A stretch of 64,000 nucleotides of DNA from Raillietiella orientalis (GCA_036172245.1 JAYWIR010000005.1:2046001-2110000); one strand, 5' to 3'; counted from the stretch's first letter, positions 1 to 13,068 are shown. The notes: generated by a model from the letters alone, not told the origin. Translations and numbers: made by a program.

Positions 1-1163
1 CAGTGTTGGATGTTCAGCGTTACTATGAAATTACTCACCTCACCGGACAACGCAGTAAAAGGTTAGCGTACGAAACTCGAGGCGAAGTGGTTCAGAAAAG
101 AATCCACGAAGCCCTGACAGATGAAAATCTCGGGGAATTTATGTTTGGGATTTCATGCAGGAGAACACACAATCTGGAAGCGATATAGAGAGCCTTTAGT
201 CAAAAGGAACGAAGGCCTCTAGAAGAGAAGAAGCTCGCTGGAATTTTCGAGATGGAGAACCGAGTATGACGGTCGACAACGTCATCTTCACCAGCAGCAC
301 AAGAAGCAAGCTTATCTCCGGCGCGAGAACACTGCAAAGGGAGCACATATGGTAATCCCTAATCCAAAATCAGATTAGTCAAGGGAAAGTCATGCAGTGT
401 GTGGGCATGCATCGCTCTTCGAGCTTTTTCCACACTAATGGATACCACCTGAGACTCCCGGATTACAAGTTCATTCACGCAGCAAGGCTAAACCTATTGC
501 CAATCCACTCTGGGCCAACAAAAAAACCAGAAGGCATCTTTCGGCATTGCAGGACAGAGGACGAAACGCTGTCTCATGTGTTAAATGGATGCAAGAAACA
601 CGGTACTCTGTCCATGGCACGCCACGACGCGATTCAAGAAATAATCAGGAAGGCCGCAGTGGATGAAGCAAGATGGAGTCTTGTGTCAGGAAACCAGAGA
701 GTGCCAGGAACAACTCCCGCCCTAAAGCCAGACCTGGTCATGCAAAAACGAGGTTTTCGTGCTAGACGTCTCCTGCCCATAGGAAAATGGAAAGGAGACG
801 TTCAGCACAACCAGGAAGAACAAGGAAGAGAAATACAAGGACGTAGCAATGCAACTGGGAAAAGGTGGAAAACAAAGCAAAGTACACGCGTTCATCGTCG
901 GCTCTCTAGGAGTATGGGATCTTGATAACGAAGAAGTATTACAAGATATAGGAATACCAAAGAAGAAGCTGGTGGAACTGAGGCACCGGATGGTGGCTGC
1001 GTGTATCCGATACTCAAGTGATATCTATGCAGCCCACGTCAAAAGGAAAACCGATAGCCAGATGGAGAACCCAGACAATCTTTTCCCACCGGAAGAGAGG
1101 AGACACCATAAAGATGGGGTGAAGGGCGCCACAGAGGAACAAAATAATAACTGCGAAAGATAG
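1..1163 (+). mobile_element. 3' part of an RLE-type (R2 group, Utopia/NeSL-like) non-LTR retrotransposon, frameshifted
   Basis: Translation gives YKFIHAARLNLLP, a degenerate CCHC knuckle (RHCRTEDETLSHVLNGC), RHDAI and KPDLV. After a frameshift it reads LDVSCP*ENG..F...RKNKEEKY and VHAFIVGSLGVWD.DNEEVL...CIRYSSDIY..H, which is the PD-(D/E)xK restriction-like endonuclease C-terminus of Utopia/NeSL-type elements. Confidence 0.85.
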
Positions 1164-1699
1164 TCCAGAGCATCCTGAAACAAGCTATGTAATTGCACAC
1201 ATCAAAAACAACAAAGTTACCAGAACAAACAGAGCTAATGATTTCTGATTTGGGAGTCACTCTTAGGGGCGTTGCGTATGTTTGTTCTGATTCTGATTTG
1301 TTCTGATCTCCAGCCAGTCTGACAACCCTCGATGAGGCGCGATGTGGGAACCAAAAGTTCCAATTGACAAGAACGCTCCATCTATCCGACCATCGAAGAA
1401 ATCTCCGCTGTGAGACGAAATGACAAACTGGGGGCCGATTTCAAAAGGAGATTCTGAGCGTTCAGCCCTGGAGACTTCGCCAGTGTACCACTGATGATGA
1501 AGTCTGAGCCTTTAAGAAAGACTCGACGAGACCAGGGGACACTCGTATCGCCTCCATAAAAGCAACCGACGCCCTTTCAGCTACGAAGCACCAAACACCA
1601 TGTGGCATCTCAAGAAAAGCGGAATCTTTCTCCTAGGAGATAGTCGGAACTATCCATAAGGACTTAGTTCATTCCAATCCCACGTTGGAGATTTTTTCA

Positions 1700-2382
1700 A
1701 GATAGGGGGTGGTATCCCGGGTGAAGACCACCCTATGAATCCAGGAAGGGCTTCGGAAAAGGGAGTGCGTTCCTCTGACGACTGAGGGGGAACCCCCGAA
1801 GGAAACACCCCCAACCTGGTTTTCTCCGGAGGGACCCCCGGCTGGGTACGCTCCATTTTTCTTCTTTAAAGAGAACTCGGAAAGGATTCGCTAGTAGAAA
1901 CTCCTTCTCCAGAGGGAACCCCGCAAGAGAGCCGCTCCTGTTTATTCCTCCTCTGATGAGGACCCGAAGGGACACTTCCGAAATTCAGAAGGGCGCTGCT
2001 TCCCCGAAGGGAGCGGCTCGCTTCTCTGAACTCTCTGAAGAGGTGACAACACGCCTACTCCATGGTATGACATGCAATGTCCCCCCTCCTAAGGCGGAGG
2101 GACGGCTCCTTTGCAAAACCAGGTACGAACTCACACTCCATAATTCCTGGAAGGACCCTGAGGCGGACTTCCATTGTCCTGGTCACTCATCGGAAGGCAT
2201 CCGGTTTTAGCCACCACCAGTGTCGCACCCAAATGAATGGAGGTCAACCAGCTTCATCTTGCGGAAGGAACTCGAACCTGCGACGCAATCCCCATCTCTC
2301 GGTGTCGATTCTTGCCGCGTATTCGAACCCACAACGCCTGGTGATGCCACGCACGGAGACCACAGCCACGTGGCCTCCAACG
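1700..2382 (-). mobile_element. tRNA-headed SINE-like repeat, copy (3' tail missing)
   Basis: Reverse complement aligns by eye with the 12123 and 50507 copies. The head has GGTTCGAATAC and a second GGTTCGAGTTCC B-box-like motif. Confidence 0.7.
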
Positions 2383-2789
2383 TGAGCTCGAAGCATTCGG
2401 ATACGCTGCGAATTTCAGTAGTTCTTTGCTTCCAAGCAACGTATTAGCCGCAAGCAAACCAATTTAGGAGGAATGAGGGATGTCCTGGATGGGATTTTTC
2501 CAAGGCTTCTTTGAGCAATCCACCAGTCCTCTCAGCAGAGTCAGTTTTAGAATTGAGATCGAATTTTCCAGATCACAAGGCTGACCTTCCGCCAGCTTGA
2601 ATAAAGGAGTCTCCCCACATCTCGTCACTACTACAGCAGAAGGAACCCGGAGGATCAGAGTTCAGACCAGCAGCTTGGCTTCATTGGTTTCACCCCTAGG
2701 GATTTCCCCCGATGCGAACACATACCTGGAAAAAGCTCTTGGAGGAAAATTGGTTCCATTCGGAATCTCCTAGAGACCAGCAGCCATCA

Positions 2790-3578
2790 TATCGATCACC
2801 AGTCTTTCTCTTCTGCTTTCTCTGCTTTTTTTTTTTCCGGGTTTTGTTTTTTGGTTCGCCAAGTATTGAAGAACAGTTTACCTACCTTGGGGGAACCAAC
2901 AGAGCTCTTTAGCACTGCCCAAGCCGCCAGAGGGGCTGCGGTTAGGGGGAGGTAACCGAAAAGGGCCACCCTATGATTCCAGGAAGGCTTCGGAGGAAGG
3001 AGATCGTTCATCTTACGCTTGAGAGGAAACCTTGAAGAGAGCCCTCGTCCTGGTGATCTTTGAAGAGATCCTCGAAGGGAAGCCACATCTTGGTTGTCTC
3101 CAAAACCTCTTTTTCATTTTCTTTGGAAGGAGTCCACCGAAGAGAACTGCTCCTCCTGGATCCTCTCCTGAATTTCTTCTCCGGAGAACCGATCCTTGTT
3201 GGTGCTCCTCTGATAAGAACCCCCAAGGGACGCTTCCAAAGTTGTCTGAAGAACTCTTCCGGAAGGAAGCATAGCACTTCTTTACACTCTGGAGAGGCAT
3301 CAACCAGCTACATGGTATTCTATGGAAGTTCCATTTTCCCATTAGTAAGAAAACCGGCTCCTTGATTCCCGGAATGACCCTAGATGGTCAACTTCCAATC
3401 CCGGACAGTCAGCGGGGGCATTTAGTTTCCGGCTGCTTCTACCGCTGCCGCACCCGGAGAGGCCAACCAGAGTCTTCCTCGTCAACGTACCATCCATTCT
3501 CGATGTCTGTCCTTCCTCGGATGGGATTCGAACTCGCTTTGTACCATGCGAGGAGGCCACAGTCACAAGGCCATCGGC
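2790..3578 (-). mobile_element. tRNA-headed SINE-like repeat, diverged copy
   Basis: Minus strand has the head GAGTTCGAATCCC, body motifs (GGAATCAAGGAG, CTTCCTGGAATCATAGGG) and the tail CTTGGCGAACC followed by an A-rich tract. Confidence 0.7.
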
Positions 3579-4487
3579 GAAGGTAATTCTTTCTCTTTGG
3601 CAAAGTCTAGATGTCATGAAGGCACTCTGATCTCACCTCGTCTGCATCGAGGAGATTGGTCGACATTGCAAGGCAGACTGGACTTTCAAAAAATCCCTCA
3701 TTTCTCAGTCATCAGGAAATGTGTTGATCTTCCGGGAAGAGCAGCAAGCGGATGTGTCGACAACTCAAAGGTCTCATTCATTTATTTGGCGAGACCGACG
3801 ACTTCGTCATCGTAATAGCCGTCTCAAACACCCAGTTCTCTGGATCGTGTCCTCACGAAACTCTCCGGGGTCGTACTGCGCGCGGTGATCGCCAGATGAC
3901 TTTGGTGGACACCGTGAAACTCGTATCGGGGATGCTCATCTCTGCCATTCCATCTGAAGAGATGACGAAACAGAGCGACGATGCGCGCACAGCGTGTGGG
4001 TAGTCAGGAGCAGAGCATCCGGGACAGTCACTGTCTTTCTCTGGAACTTTGGGACGCTGGATCCGGAATGTCACTCAGAGATCCCAATTCTGATAGACGT
4101 GCAAGGTCAAAACCTCTCCTCGGCGGTACGCATGCTCTAACGCAAGGGAATGCTTGCGTTTCCTCAGGAACCTCTGCATCTACGTGGAGATGTTTATCGG
4201 CACGCATCGTTGATCCCTTCCTTTCGAAATTCCAAATTCATTGCTAAGTGACATGACCTTGGTCAACTCCATCGAGGAAGAAACCTGAGGGAAGTGCCCA
4301 GAGCTGTAGCCCACCATCCCTGAGACACGGCTCGAAACTCTGACATGCAAGAATGCTCCAGAACAAGAGTCGATTTTGTTGCCCGTGGAAGAACGCAGCA
4401 ACAACATCGCAAGAAGCACAGCAGAAAGAGATCGCAAGTGTGGCAAACCATCCTTCATGTCTGCTGACTTCGTGAGCACACCAAGCA

Positions 4488-6217
4488 AGCAGCGGTCGAA
4501 GATTTCTTCGAGCTATTAAGCTGTGGAGCAGGACTGGAGGTGAACAAGGAGAAATCCTTCTTGGTAGCAGTCCATCAGGCATAGATAGGACAGCTGGACT
4601 GGATATGCTTGGGGATTCCCACGATTCGATACTTTAAGTACTTCGGTGTATCTCTGGGGGGCTATTATCCGGCGGAGTCATGGTCCGGCTGCCTCCAGAA
4701 GGCAGAGTTGTCTATTGGCCCTTTTCGGGATGGCAAGTTTCTCATGCCGGAACGGGTCGCGTTGTGGAATGCGTTTGTAACCTTCCTCTTCATCCTCTGC
4801 TTTTTGTTTGCCCCTCACCAAGTAGCATTTAAAGGCGGACGAAGGACCTCCTGAGAGTCTCTCTCTGGGGTACAGGGTCCGCCTGATGGACTTGTGCGCT
4901 CCACGTCGCGATGGAGGCCTCGGCCTTCTGACGCTCGAGCGCCTGGAGTGGCAGCTCTAATGAACACTTGCCCTAGTGGCGAAGCTTTGAAGCGCGAACG
5001 GGTGCGAATCCGCACGATACCTGGTCAAGCAAGCCACCGACTACGCGGGACTGTCTTCGTTCCTGACGCGACAGTGCAGACGCGTACCTATGCAGACTGG
5101 AGCTCCGGCGACCAGGACCAACAACTGGATCTTTTGCCGGCCTGCGAACGGTAGTACCTGGTTGCAGGAAACCATTCGCACGTGGGCCAAGAACCCAACG
5201 AAACGAGACCAGAGATGGGGCGGCGACTGCTGCACTCTTTCTACGACGACCGCTGGCTGCAGAAAGCCATCTTGCAGCCCACCACGTGTGCTTGGGCGCA
5301 AACACCCTAGCCACCTAGCCGCGGCATTGCCCTACCTCAGGGAGCACCTGGACAGTCACTAGCCGGCCAATGGGAGGTCAGTTGCCAAGACCTATTTGCG
5401 GACGAAGAAATTAGGTGATTAGACCACAGGCCAGCTCACGGACGCTGCGACTCCAAGTTCCCAACCGAAAGGACTATTGCGCTGGGGTGAGCTGCTGGAA
5501 ATCCCACAGGAAGACCGAGTGGCCCTCAGCGCTGAAGAACCACATCCCCTTAAGTGGCAGTATTCCGGACTTCTGATATTGCACTGGGGCCTCCCGTGCA
5601 ACGCCCGCCGGCCCAACTGAACCCGGGGGACTGTGGACCCAACTGTTGCAAGTGCAGGAACGGGAATCCCTCCCACATCTGCTCGTAGACTGTGTTGTTC
5701 TCCGGCCCCTGTGATTGCATTACACAACGATCCTTGGTGCACCGACGGACAATCCCAGGGACGCCTCTTCTTGCGAGATGGCCCTTCGCCTGCCGCATCC
5801 CCAGCTGCTCTTTGCTGCTGCCTACGCGGGAGTGCGGCGACCTGGAGCAACGCGAGAGGAGGACGGCAAGATAAGGAGGCTATCTGCCCTTCGCTCTGCG
5901 CTTCCTGCGGACGGCAGCAAGATGGCTCCTCCTGGGGCACACTCGGATGGAACTTGTCAGCATCCAGGAAAGGATGCAGAGGACGCCCTCCAGGAACAGA
6001 ATCCTCTTTCCCGTATCCCTCAGAGTTTTTTTCTTCTTATTATTATTGATTTTAATTTTATTTTTATTCTTGTTTGCCCGTCCGCTGCCGAGGCGGACCT
6101 CGCCGGCCTGTGCGCCGGCTACTCGTCAGGTTCCAAACATTTTCGGACGATGTAGGGCCGATGGCCCTACACTTATATGTTTATTTTTTATAATAAACGT
6201 CTCGGCGTGACCGGGTG
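4488..6217 (+). mobile_element. 5'-truncated degenerate L1/Tx1-clade LINE (end of RT, C-terminal zinc knuckle, 3' UTR)
   Basis: FKYFGV (end of RT), WLQETIRTWAK, an LHWGLPC..C..C..E...HLLVDC region, and the family terminus AATAAACGTCTCGGCGTGACCGGGTG. Possible short TSD ACCAAGCA at ~4480 and ~6222. Confidence 0.8.
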
Positions 6218-7411
6218 ATGAACCAAGCAGCTCACGCCACATGGGGATCTTGCTGCTCACCTGAGGAGCGCGTAAAGCGGGAGAAGGTGGAGCTAGGAAG
6301 TTGCGTAATTCCTAATGAAAAAAACATCGCATGCGGTCCTCTCCCAGTTACTAGCTCCTACTAAGCCTACCATCCAGCTGCAGACGCGAGTGTGTCCTGC
6401 CGGATGCACACCCAAGTCAACAACTACCAAATCCTGATTCCAATGAAAAACTATGGCTTCGTTTCTTCTCCCTCGCAATTCATGGTACAGCATCCGTTGT
6501 ACTCAGTCCATCTGTAAAAGGCAAATCTTTAGGTCAGTGGAATCGTTTTCACTTCCGTGATTTGATTCCATCTCACTGAAACCTGCAACCGGACTACCAT
6601 CGTTCATCCTGCTCAACCCTGGCAAACAGCTTCATGGAAGGTCATTCCATTCGACACGCAGACGAAATTCATTTTTTATTTTCAGCGCTTTCCCAGTAGA
6701 TAGTCAGTGGATGAGGAAGTCCTTTTTGTCTGCTTCCGAGAGGAGCTTTTGAATTCCAGAACATTCCAAACGAACCGTTTCTCTCAGGACGAAGAAGACC
6801 TTTTTGAATCTCTCACAGATGAGGTTGTTTAGTACCTTCACATCAATTCACGTGATCACGAGATGCCCACCTGCATCAAACGGAGGTGCCTTTGAGACAC
6901 GCAATACCCACGGCAGAGGACCCGCTTCTTCGTGTGTGTGTGTTTTTTCCGTCTTGCAATCTGTAAGGAACTTCAAGGACAAAGGAACTGATTCTCTGCG
7001 GCTCCTGTGAAACCTGGTCTTCCCATGTACCTCACAGACCAAAAGAAAAGTGACAGTTCTGGGAGGCGTCATGGATCAGTTGATCAGTTGCCATGCCGTC
7101 TTTGTATTCACATTTCGATCCTGTCGTAGCCGGAAATTCTATCGCTGTTTTGCAGCGTTCACTAGCTATAGAAGGACACACGCGTGGAAAGCAGTCGTTA
7201 CCGGAACAGATCCAAAGAATCCAAACTTCCCAAAGGGAGCATGCGGGAAAAAGTGCTTTCTGGCAGTTTGGCCTTTATCAAGGAGCCCTCCTTCAGACCC
7301 GGGACCGAAAAGTCGGATTTTAAATTATTTTTTCATTCTCTCTCCTCAAGTCCAAAAAATATCGTTCTCCGATTCACTCTTGTCTGCAACTAAGGAGTCC
7401 TCATGAGTGGC

Positions 7412-7960
7412 CGATGTGGAAATCCTTTTGGTTTCTTGTTTCCGCTGCTTCCTTCCAGTTTTTTTTTTTTTTTTCGGGATTTCTTTTTTTTTGGTTCGCA
7501 AGGTGCTGAGGAATGCGCCCCCGCCTCCTCAGGTGGTACTCGCGGAGCTCTTCAACGCTATCCACGTCTTCCTGGGGTGGAAGGAACTGTTCAAGTCAGG
7601 GGACAACCTTGGAGGGACCAACTTATGAATCCAGAAAGGAGGAAGGAGTCTGTTCCTCCTACTCTGGGGAGGGAGCCCCGAAGGGAACCTCTTCCTTCTT
7701 CTCTCTGGAGATACTCTGGAGAGCTCGCTCGTAGAAACACTCGGGGGGATCAACCCGTTCCATGGTAATCCATGGGGGGTTCCCCTGCCCGGTGAAGACG
7801 GCTCCGTGATTCCTGGAAGCATCCCAGGGGTCGACTTCCAGTCCTGGCCAGTCAGCGGGCACATTTGTTTTCCGGCTGCTTCTACCAGCCATGTACCCGA
7901 ATAGGCCTACAAGCGTCGTCCTGAGAGGAGACTCGAAACTCACGCACACCCATCTCTCGG
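7412..7960 (-). mobile_element. SINE-like repeat, internally deleted copy
   Basis: Minus strand ends GCGAACC-A(n)...AAGGATTTCCACATCG like the other copies; body motifs are shared. Confidence 0.65.
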
Positions 7961-9369
7961 CGCCCATCCACTCGGTGGATCCTTAGTCATACAGCCGCCA
8001 ATGCCTGACTTCATGAGAGAGGGGATAAGGAAGATTCATGTCTGGGAATTGAGACTTCACCTATTTGGTAAACCCAGAATTTCAGGAATTCCTGAGGGTG
8101 CTGTCCACATGATAGCATCTTCCCTCCCATTCTCCTCGCTCGATTTGTTCCGCTCCTTTTTAACTTGGCGGTTTTGCATTTGACCGTTGAACAGATTCTG
8201 TCTGTCCCGACAGCGCGAATATTCGGAGAGGCTCCATCAATGGGAGGATTCCGAAAATGGCGAAATTCCTTCCTCCGCTGCCAGTTGGTTGCCGCAGACT
8301 CGATAACTGATCTTTCCTGGAAGTACGGTCGGCGGTTTGACCTTCAAGTTGCCCGTCCCCGGTCGCGAAATTTGCCATCCGGCTCAGACTACGCGAGGAC
8401 GCAGCAGGCCAGAGAGGTCGATGCCTGCAACCCTGGAGGTTGAGCGCCTTCCTGCTGAGCTCGCGTGTCCGGGGTTTCCGGTCGGAACGGAGGGCTGCCA
8501 CTCGTGCAGTCGGTCGTATTTGGCACTCCTGCTGGATATTTTTTGCGAGCTGCTTCGGTGGGGCGCTCTCAGGATGTTTGCATTTGAAAGCTGATAGCTG
8601 TGTTTTCATCGATTGGTTTCGTGAGTTTGCAAGAGTCTGTCATGTTCCTGCAATTTCCTAATCCCTTGGCAGATCCGAGCCGCATCTTCTGATTGCTCGA
8701 AGTCCTACTTTTCCTGCTGGAGCGGATTCTGAGGATGTCAAAGGCATTCTTTCCCGTGCTTCTCTTGTTTCTTGACCCATTTCTTACCCTTTGCTGCATT
8801 TCTTCCTGTTTTTGTCGGTACTCTTGAAAAATCAAACGCTTCCTTTCAATTCACCAGCTCATTTCGCAATGCACATGATTTCTGATTCATGATCAGGCTC
8901 CGCTTTTCATCCTCCTAATTTGCGAGATCCCGTTTTGGTGATAGGTACATCTGGAAGAAGAGAGAGCATTCGTATTCAGAAAGCTGTCGCGCACTATCAC
9001 AAGGGACCTCCCTTTCGAATGTCTGCGCCACTTGGAGCCGAATCAGAGACCGCGTTTCTCATCGGTCACCTCTACCTTAAACCAGACCTGAGGCCATATC
9101 ACTCTGAAATGGGAGATGCTCTTTGTGTGCCGTGCTTTCCCCTAAAAAAGACTCATCATTCCCTTCTCCCTAGACCGGACGCCGCCAGTTGTGATGATCC
9201 ATCACCGAGTTCTCTTCCATGAACACCCAGGTGTTCATGGAGACAACTGGAGACTTGGAGCCTTCTGTCCATAATTTCCCCAAAAATCCCGGAAACCAGA
9301 CCATCACCCAAATCGCGGATATCAAAATACGCCATTTATCAACAATAGTGCTGAAGTACGACTTTCTAT

Positions 9370-10990
9370 TTGCCTCTTGAATCAGCGCTGCATTTCAAGA
9401 CCTCCCATCCCATGCCAACTACGTTACTCCCGTTACCTCTCGCCCTTGCTGAAGTGCGCCAGCAGCCAGCGACAAATTCAGGATAGACTATCCAAACTAA
9501 GGGTGATCTGCGTTGGCGGCCGTATGTCTGCGTTGTCCGCACGTGGCACCAAGCGCTGAGTATTCGAGTGCCCGTAACGCCCTGGTCCGGTTGCCTCCAA
9601 AAGGTATCATCGGCGTTCAGTCCGATGTATGAGTTTCTCTTGCCAGAACGAGCTGTCCTGTGGAACACGTTCGTGGCTCCCTCCTCCGACCCCTGCTTTT
9701 TGCTGGCCCTTCCCGAAGATGTAAAAAAGCGAACTGATGAACTTCTGCGAAGGTAACTCAGAAGTCCCGGGTTTGCCTGAAGGACTTGTAGGCGCGGCGT
9801 CGGCACAAGGATTCGGCGTCTTGATGTTGGAGAGGATGGAGCGTCAGATCAGCCCTAGAGGCGAGGACCTGGACCACCGATTGTTGCGTCCCAGCCAGAT
9901 TTCCGGCTAAGCGTTGCCGAGAGGCTCGACACGTTCCTCGTGCTTGGCCACCGACAGTTGCCTGGCCGCGGGTACCAGCCCCGACACACGGTTGACGTGG
10001 TCAACAGTTGGATTTCCTGCCGCCCTGACAACTGTGGTGCCTGGGAACAAGAAGCAGCTCAGGCGTGGGCGAAAAGAAGCGGCGCAAGTCCGGAGCAATC
10101 GCTTTGCCTGAGATTTTCGAACAGCGCTCGCTGCGGGGGATCGTGGACTGCCCGAGAAAGGAGGTCAGCTGGGCACGGAACACGCCACTTGCAACCACGC
10201 TGGGCACCACGCGACAATGTGGAAATGGCGATGCGCCCGCAAGATAGGAAGTATGCTGCGAAATCGCGGGAAAAAAGAAGCAGCTGAGATGCTGGAAGGC
10301 GCGTCAACATTTCCGGCTGACGCATGTAACCCTGCTGTCCCCCCCAGAGGAACTCCTCTCCGGGAGGAACTTCTAAACATTCCTTCAGGAGAGGTGCGGA
10401 CTTGCCAGTGTTTGTAGACAGCTGCACGCTTCCCCTGAAGCGCTCGGCATTGCAGTTGTTGCACTGGGAGATCCCATGCAACGCACGAGTCTCCAACAGC
10501 ACAAGTGGGAGTGCAGCACCAGACTGTGCCAGGTGCGGGCAAACGGGAATGATTCCCTCACTGGGTGATCAATTGCGTTGCCCCCCTGAGCGTCTGGAAC
10601 GCGTCGCTGCAGCCCTCCCACTGCCGATGGACATGGCAGGCAGAGAGGCAGACAGCTCAACGGCAGGCAATGTTGCCGCAGCGCCTCTTCAAGCGCGACT
10701 CCACGTCGCCTGCAGCTTCCTTTGCAGCTGCGCGCTGCTTTCCTGGGATGGCGGCGGCGAGAAGCCGTGCCGAAAGCGGCTGGTCGAACGGTGGGGTCAT
10801 CCCGATCGTCTGCTCCTCCGTGAGGAAGGCGACAAAATGGCCACGTTTCTGCCAGTAGAAGGCGAAGGTTGCCCACATCCTCCGGAGGATGCTGAGGACG
10901 CCCGCAAGGAATCTGTGATCTCTTTCCTTCTCTCCCCAAGCATGTTAAAACTGAACCTTTGTGGTTTTTCCTTTTGTTTATGTTTTCCCC
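9370..10990 (+). mobile_element. Degenerate L1/Tx1-clade LINE 3' half
   Basis: WSGCLQK...LPERAVLWNTFVAP and LPLKRSALQLLHWEIPCNARV...CARCG are collinear with the 4488 copy; many stops and frameshifts. Confidence 0.7.
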
Positions 10991-12122
10991 TTCCAATCCA
11001 AACGCGGAAAAAAAAAAAAAAAAAAGAAGGAAAACCGGGAAACAAAAAAGTGGGAAGGAAAGCAGAGTGGTCCCGGTTGAAATGAGCTTGAAACCTCCGT
11101 TCAACGCCGAAGGCATTTTTCTTTTCGATTTTTATGCTTTGCCATTTGTAGGGAAGTGGGAAACCCTGCCTTTGACGGATTCCTCACTCCAGCGATCTGG
11201 AATTTTTTAAGGGAAGAATGCAACGAATGTTCCCCGACTGTTCACTAGGACAACTGATTGCTCAACTGCTCCTCTTTTCTGTAGTTCTGAAAATGGGTCT
11301 AGTTCTGATTTCCAGACTCGAGTGTTCTTCTCGCTGCTAAGATGTTAAGCTCCAACGTTGACTTTAAGAGACCCTCGACCCAGTGCGTTGCCAAGATTTC
11401 TTAATCTTCCTCTTTTAATCTTGCCGAAATTTGGGAATCGCAATTCCTTTTTTCTTTTCAGAGACGATGCATTCGTTTCAGATGCTGCGCATTTGGCTTC
11501 TCGCTCCTAGGGTGATGAGACCGGTATGCATGAGCTTGCAAATATGCTTTCTGATTCTCTTGAAAGTTCTTTCAATCTCATGCACAGTGAGTGGCTGCAT
11601 ATGGACCAACACGGACAGCAGGAAAGGCATCCCAAACGGAAAAGCTGCCTATCTATAATGTGAAAAACGTGAACCTATATTGATAATCCTGAAAGACATT
11701 ATTTCACCAATCGGTGCCATGCAACACCGATTACACGAATGGGGTACGCGGATCACGTGCCCTTGGGGCTCTATGCCGTCCATAGCCGAGTGGGTGCCTC
11801 TCCTCCAGCGGGAAGAATCCGCCCCTGCGTGCGGGGAAACGCCGTGCCGGATGCGGACGTAAATGAGGAGTCACGGAGGTTGCGCAGTCCCGGCGGAGGA
11901 CAGGAAAGCGCCGCCGCGGAGAGGGAGGGGGAGGACGGTCGCGGAGGCGTCCCCGGTGCTCTCCGTACGACGCCGACGGTGCTGCAAGCGAAGCGCGTGT
12001 CGGTGCGGCCGCTCCGCAGTAGCCTCTGCGAGTGGTCATCCTCGCGAAGACTGTAGGCGCGAAGCCTCCCGTCGCGACGGGACGCGGCCGACAGCGCTTC
12101 CTGTCTCACCGGAGTCTTCCTT

Positions 12123-13068
12123 CCGCGTCGGAGGCTTTGTGGTTAAGGCTTTCGCGTGTGGCACCATGCGTCGGGGGTTCGAATACTGCGGCAGAAACTG
12201 ACGCCACTGCGTCGTTGGGTTCCGGGTTTCTCCTGCAATGGCACTGGTTGGCCTAATCATTCGGGCTGGCACCGGCGGTGGATTAAGCCGGAGGATCCCG
12301 ATGAAGACCGGAACAATGGGAGTTGGCCTTCGGGCCCTTCCAGGAATCAAGGAGTGGAGAGTTCCCCCTCCAGTCGTACAACGGAGAGCAGACCCCCACC
12401 CCGGGGGACACCTCCGATTTCAAAGTGTATCAGGAGCCTTCACAAGCACCTCTCCGGTTCTTTAAAGGAGCGGACCCCCTCTGTTGCGGGGGGCCCCTCC
12501 GAGTCGCTGCCTCTTCAGAAGAGTGCAAGGAAGCAAGCGAGAGCCATCCCTCTGCGGGAAGCTGCAGAGCCCCTTCTGAATTTCGGAAACGTCCCTTCGG
12601 GGTTCTCTTCAGAGAAGTGAACAGGAGCGGTTCCCTCCGGAGAAGTTGAAATTGAAAGGACAGCCCCTCTCCATTAGGGGGGGGGGTCCCTCCAGAGAGA
12701 ATGAGGAAGGAGATTCCCTTCGGGGTTCCCGTTCGGAGACAACCAAGGTGGGAGGTGCTATTTCCCCCGTCCGGGGGGATCCCTCCCCAAGCGTGGGAGG
12801 AACGGACTCCGAGCCCTTCCTGGATTCATAGGGCGGACCCCATCCCAAGATGCCCCCTATCCTGATAAATTACACTGAAAAATTACCACGCCCCCCTGCG
12901 GGGTTGTCGCAGGGGAGAGGCGTGGAAACAAAACAGTGTTTAAAGAGCCACGTGCGCCGCGAGGCACGCGTCCGGCTCTGAGGTACTTTGCGAACCAAAA
13001 AAAAAGAAAACCCTTCAAAAAAAAAGCTGGAAGGAAAACAGCGAAGACAGAAGAAAAGGATTTCCATC
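12123..13068 (+). mobile_element. tRNA-headed SINE-like repeat, near full length
   Basis: Head GGAGGCTTTGTGGTTAAGGC...GGTTCGAATAC (A/B-box-like). Near-identical over its whole length to 50507-51504. A-rich tract followed by GGATTTCCATCG. Confidence 0.8.

Noticed and set aside
1490..1535. Hammerhead ribozyme (CTGATGA...stem...GAGAC)
   Set aside because: The GAAA core is altered and stems I and III are not evident.
1775..1808. Hammerhead-like CTGACGA...GAAAC inside a SINE copy
   Set aside because: Not conserved in the other copies of the repeat.
3626..3952. Apparent minus-strand exon bounded by AG and GTGAG
   Set aside because: Stops in the frames read and no recognisable homology.
12590..12760. 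CRISPR-like spaced repeats
   Set aside because: Units are degenerate and irregularly spaced, lie inside a SINE in eukaryotic context, and no cas genes are present.
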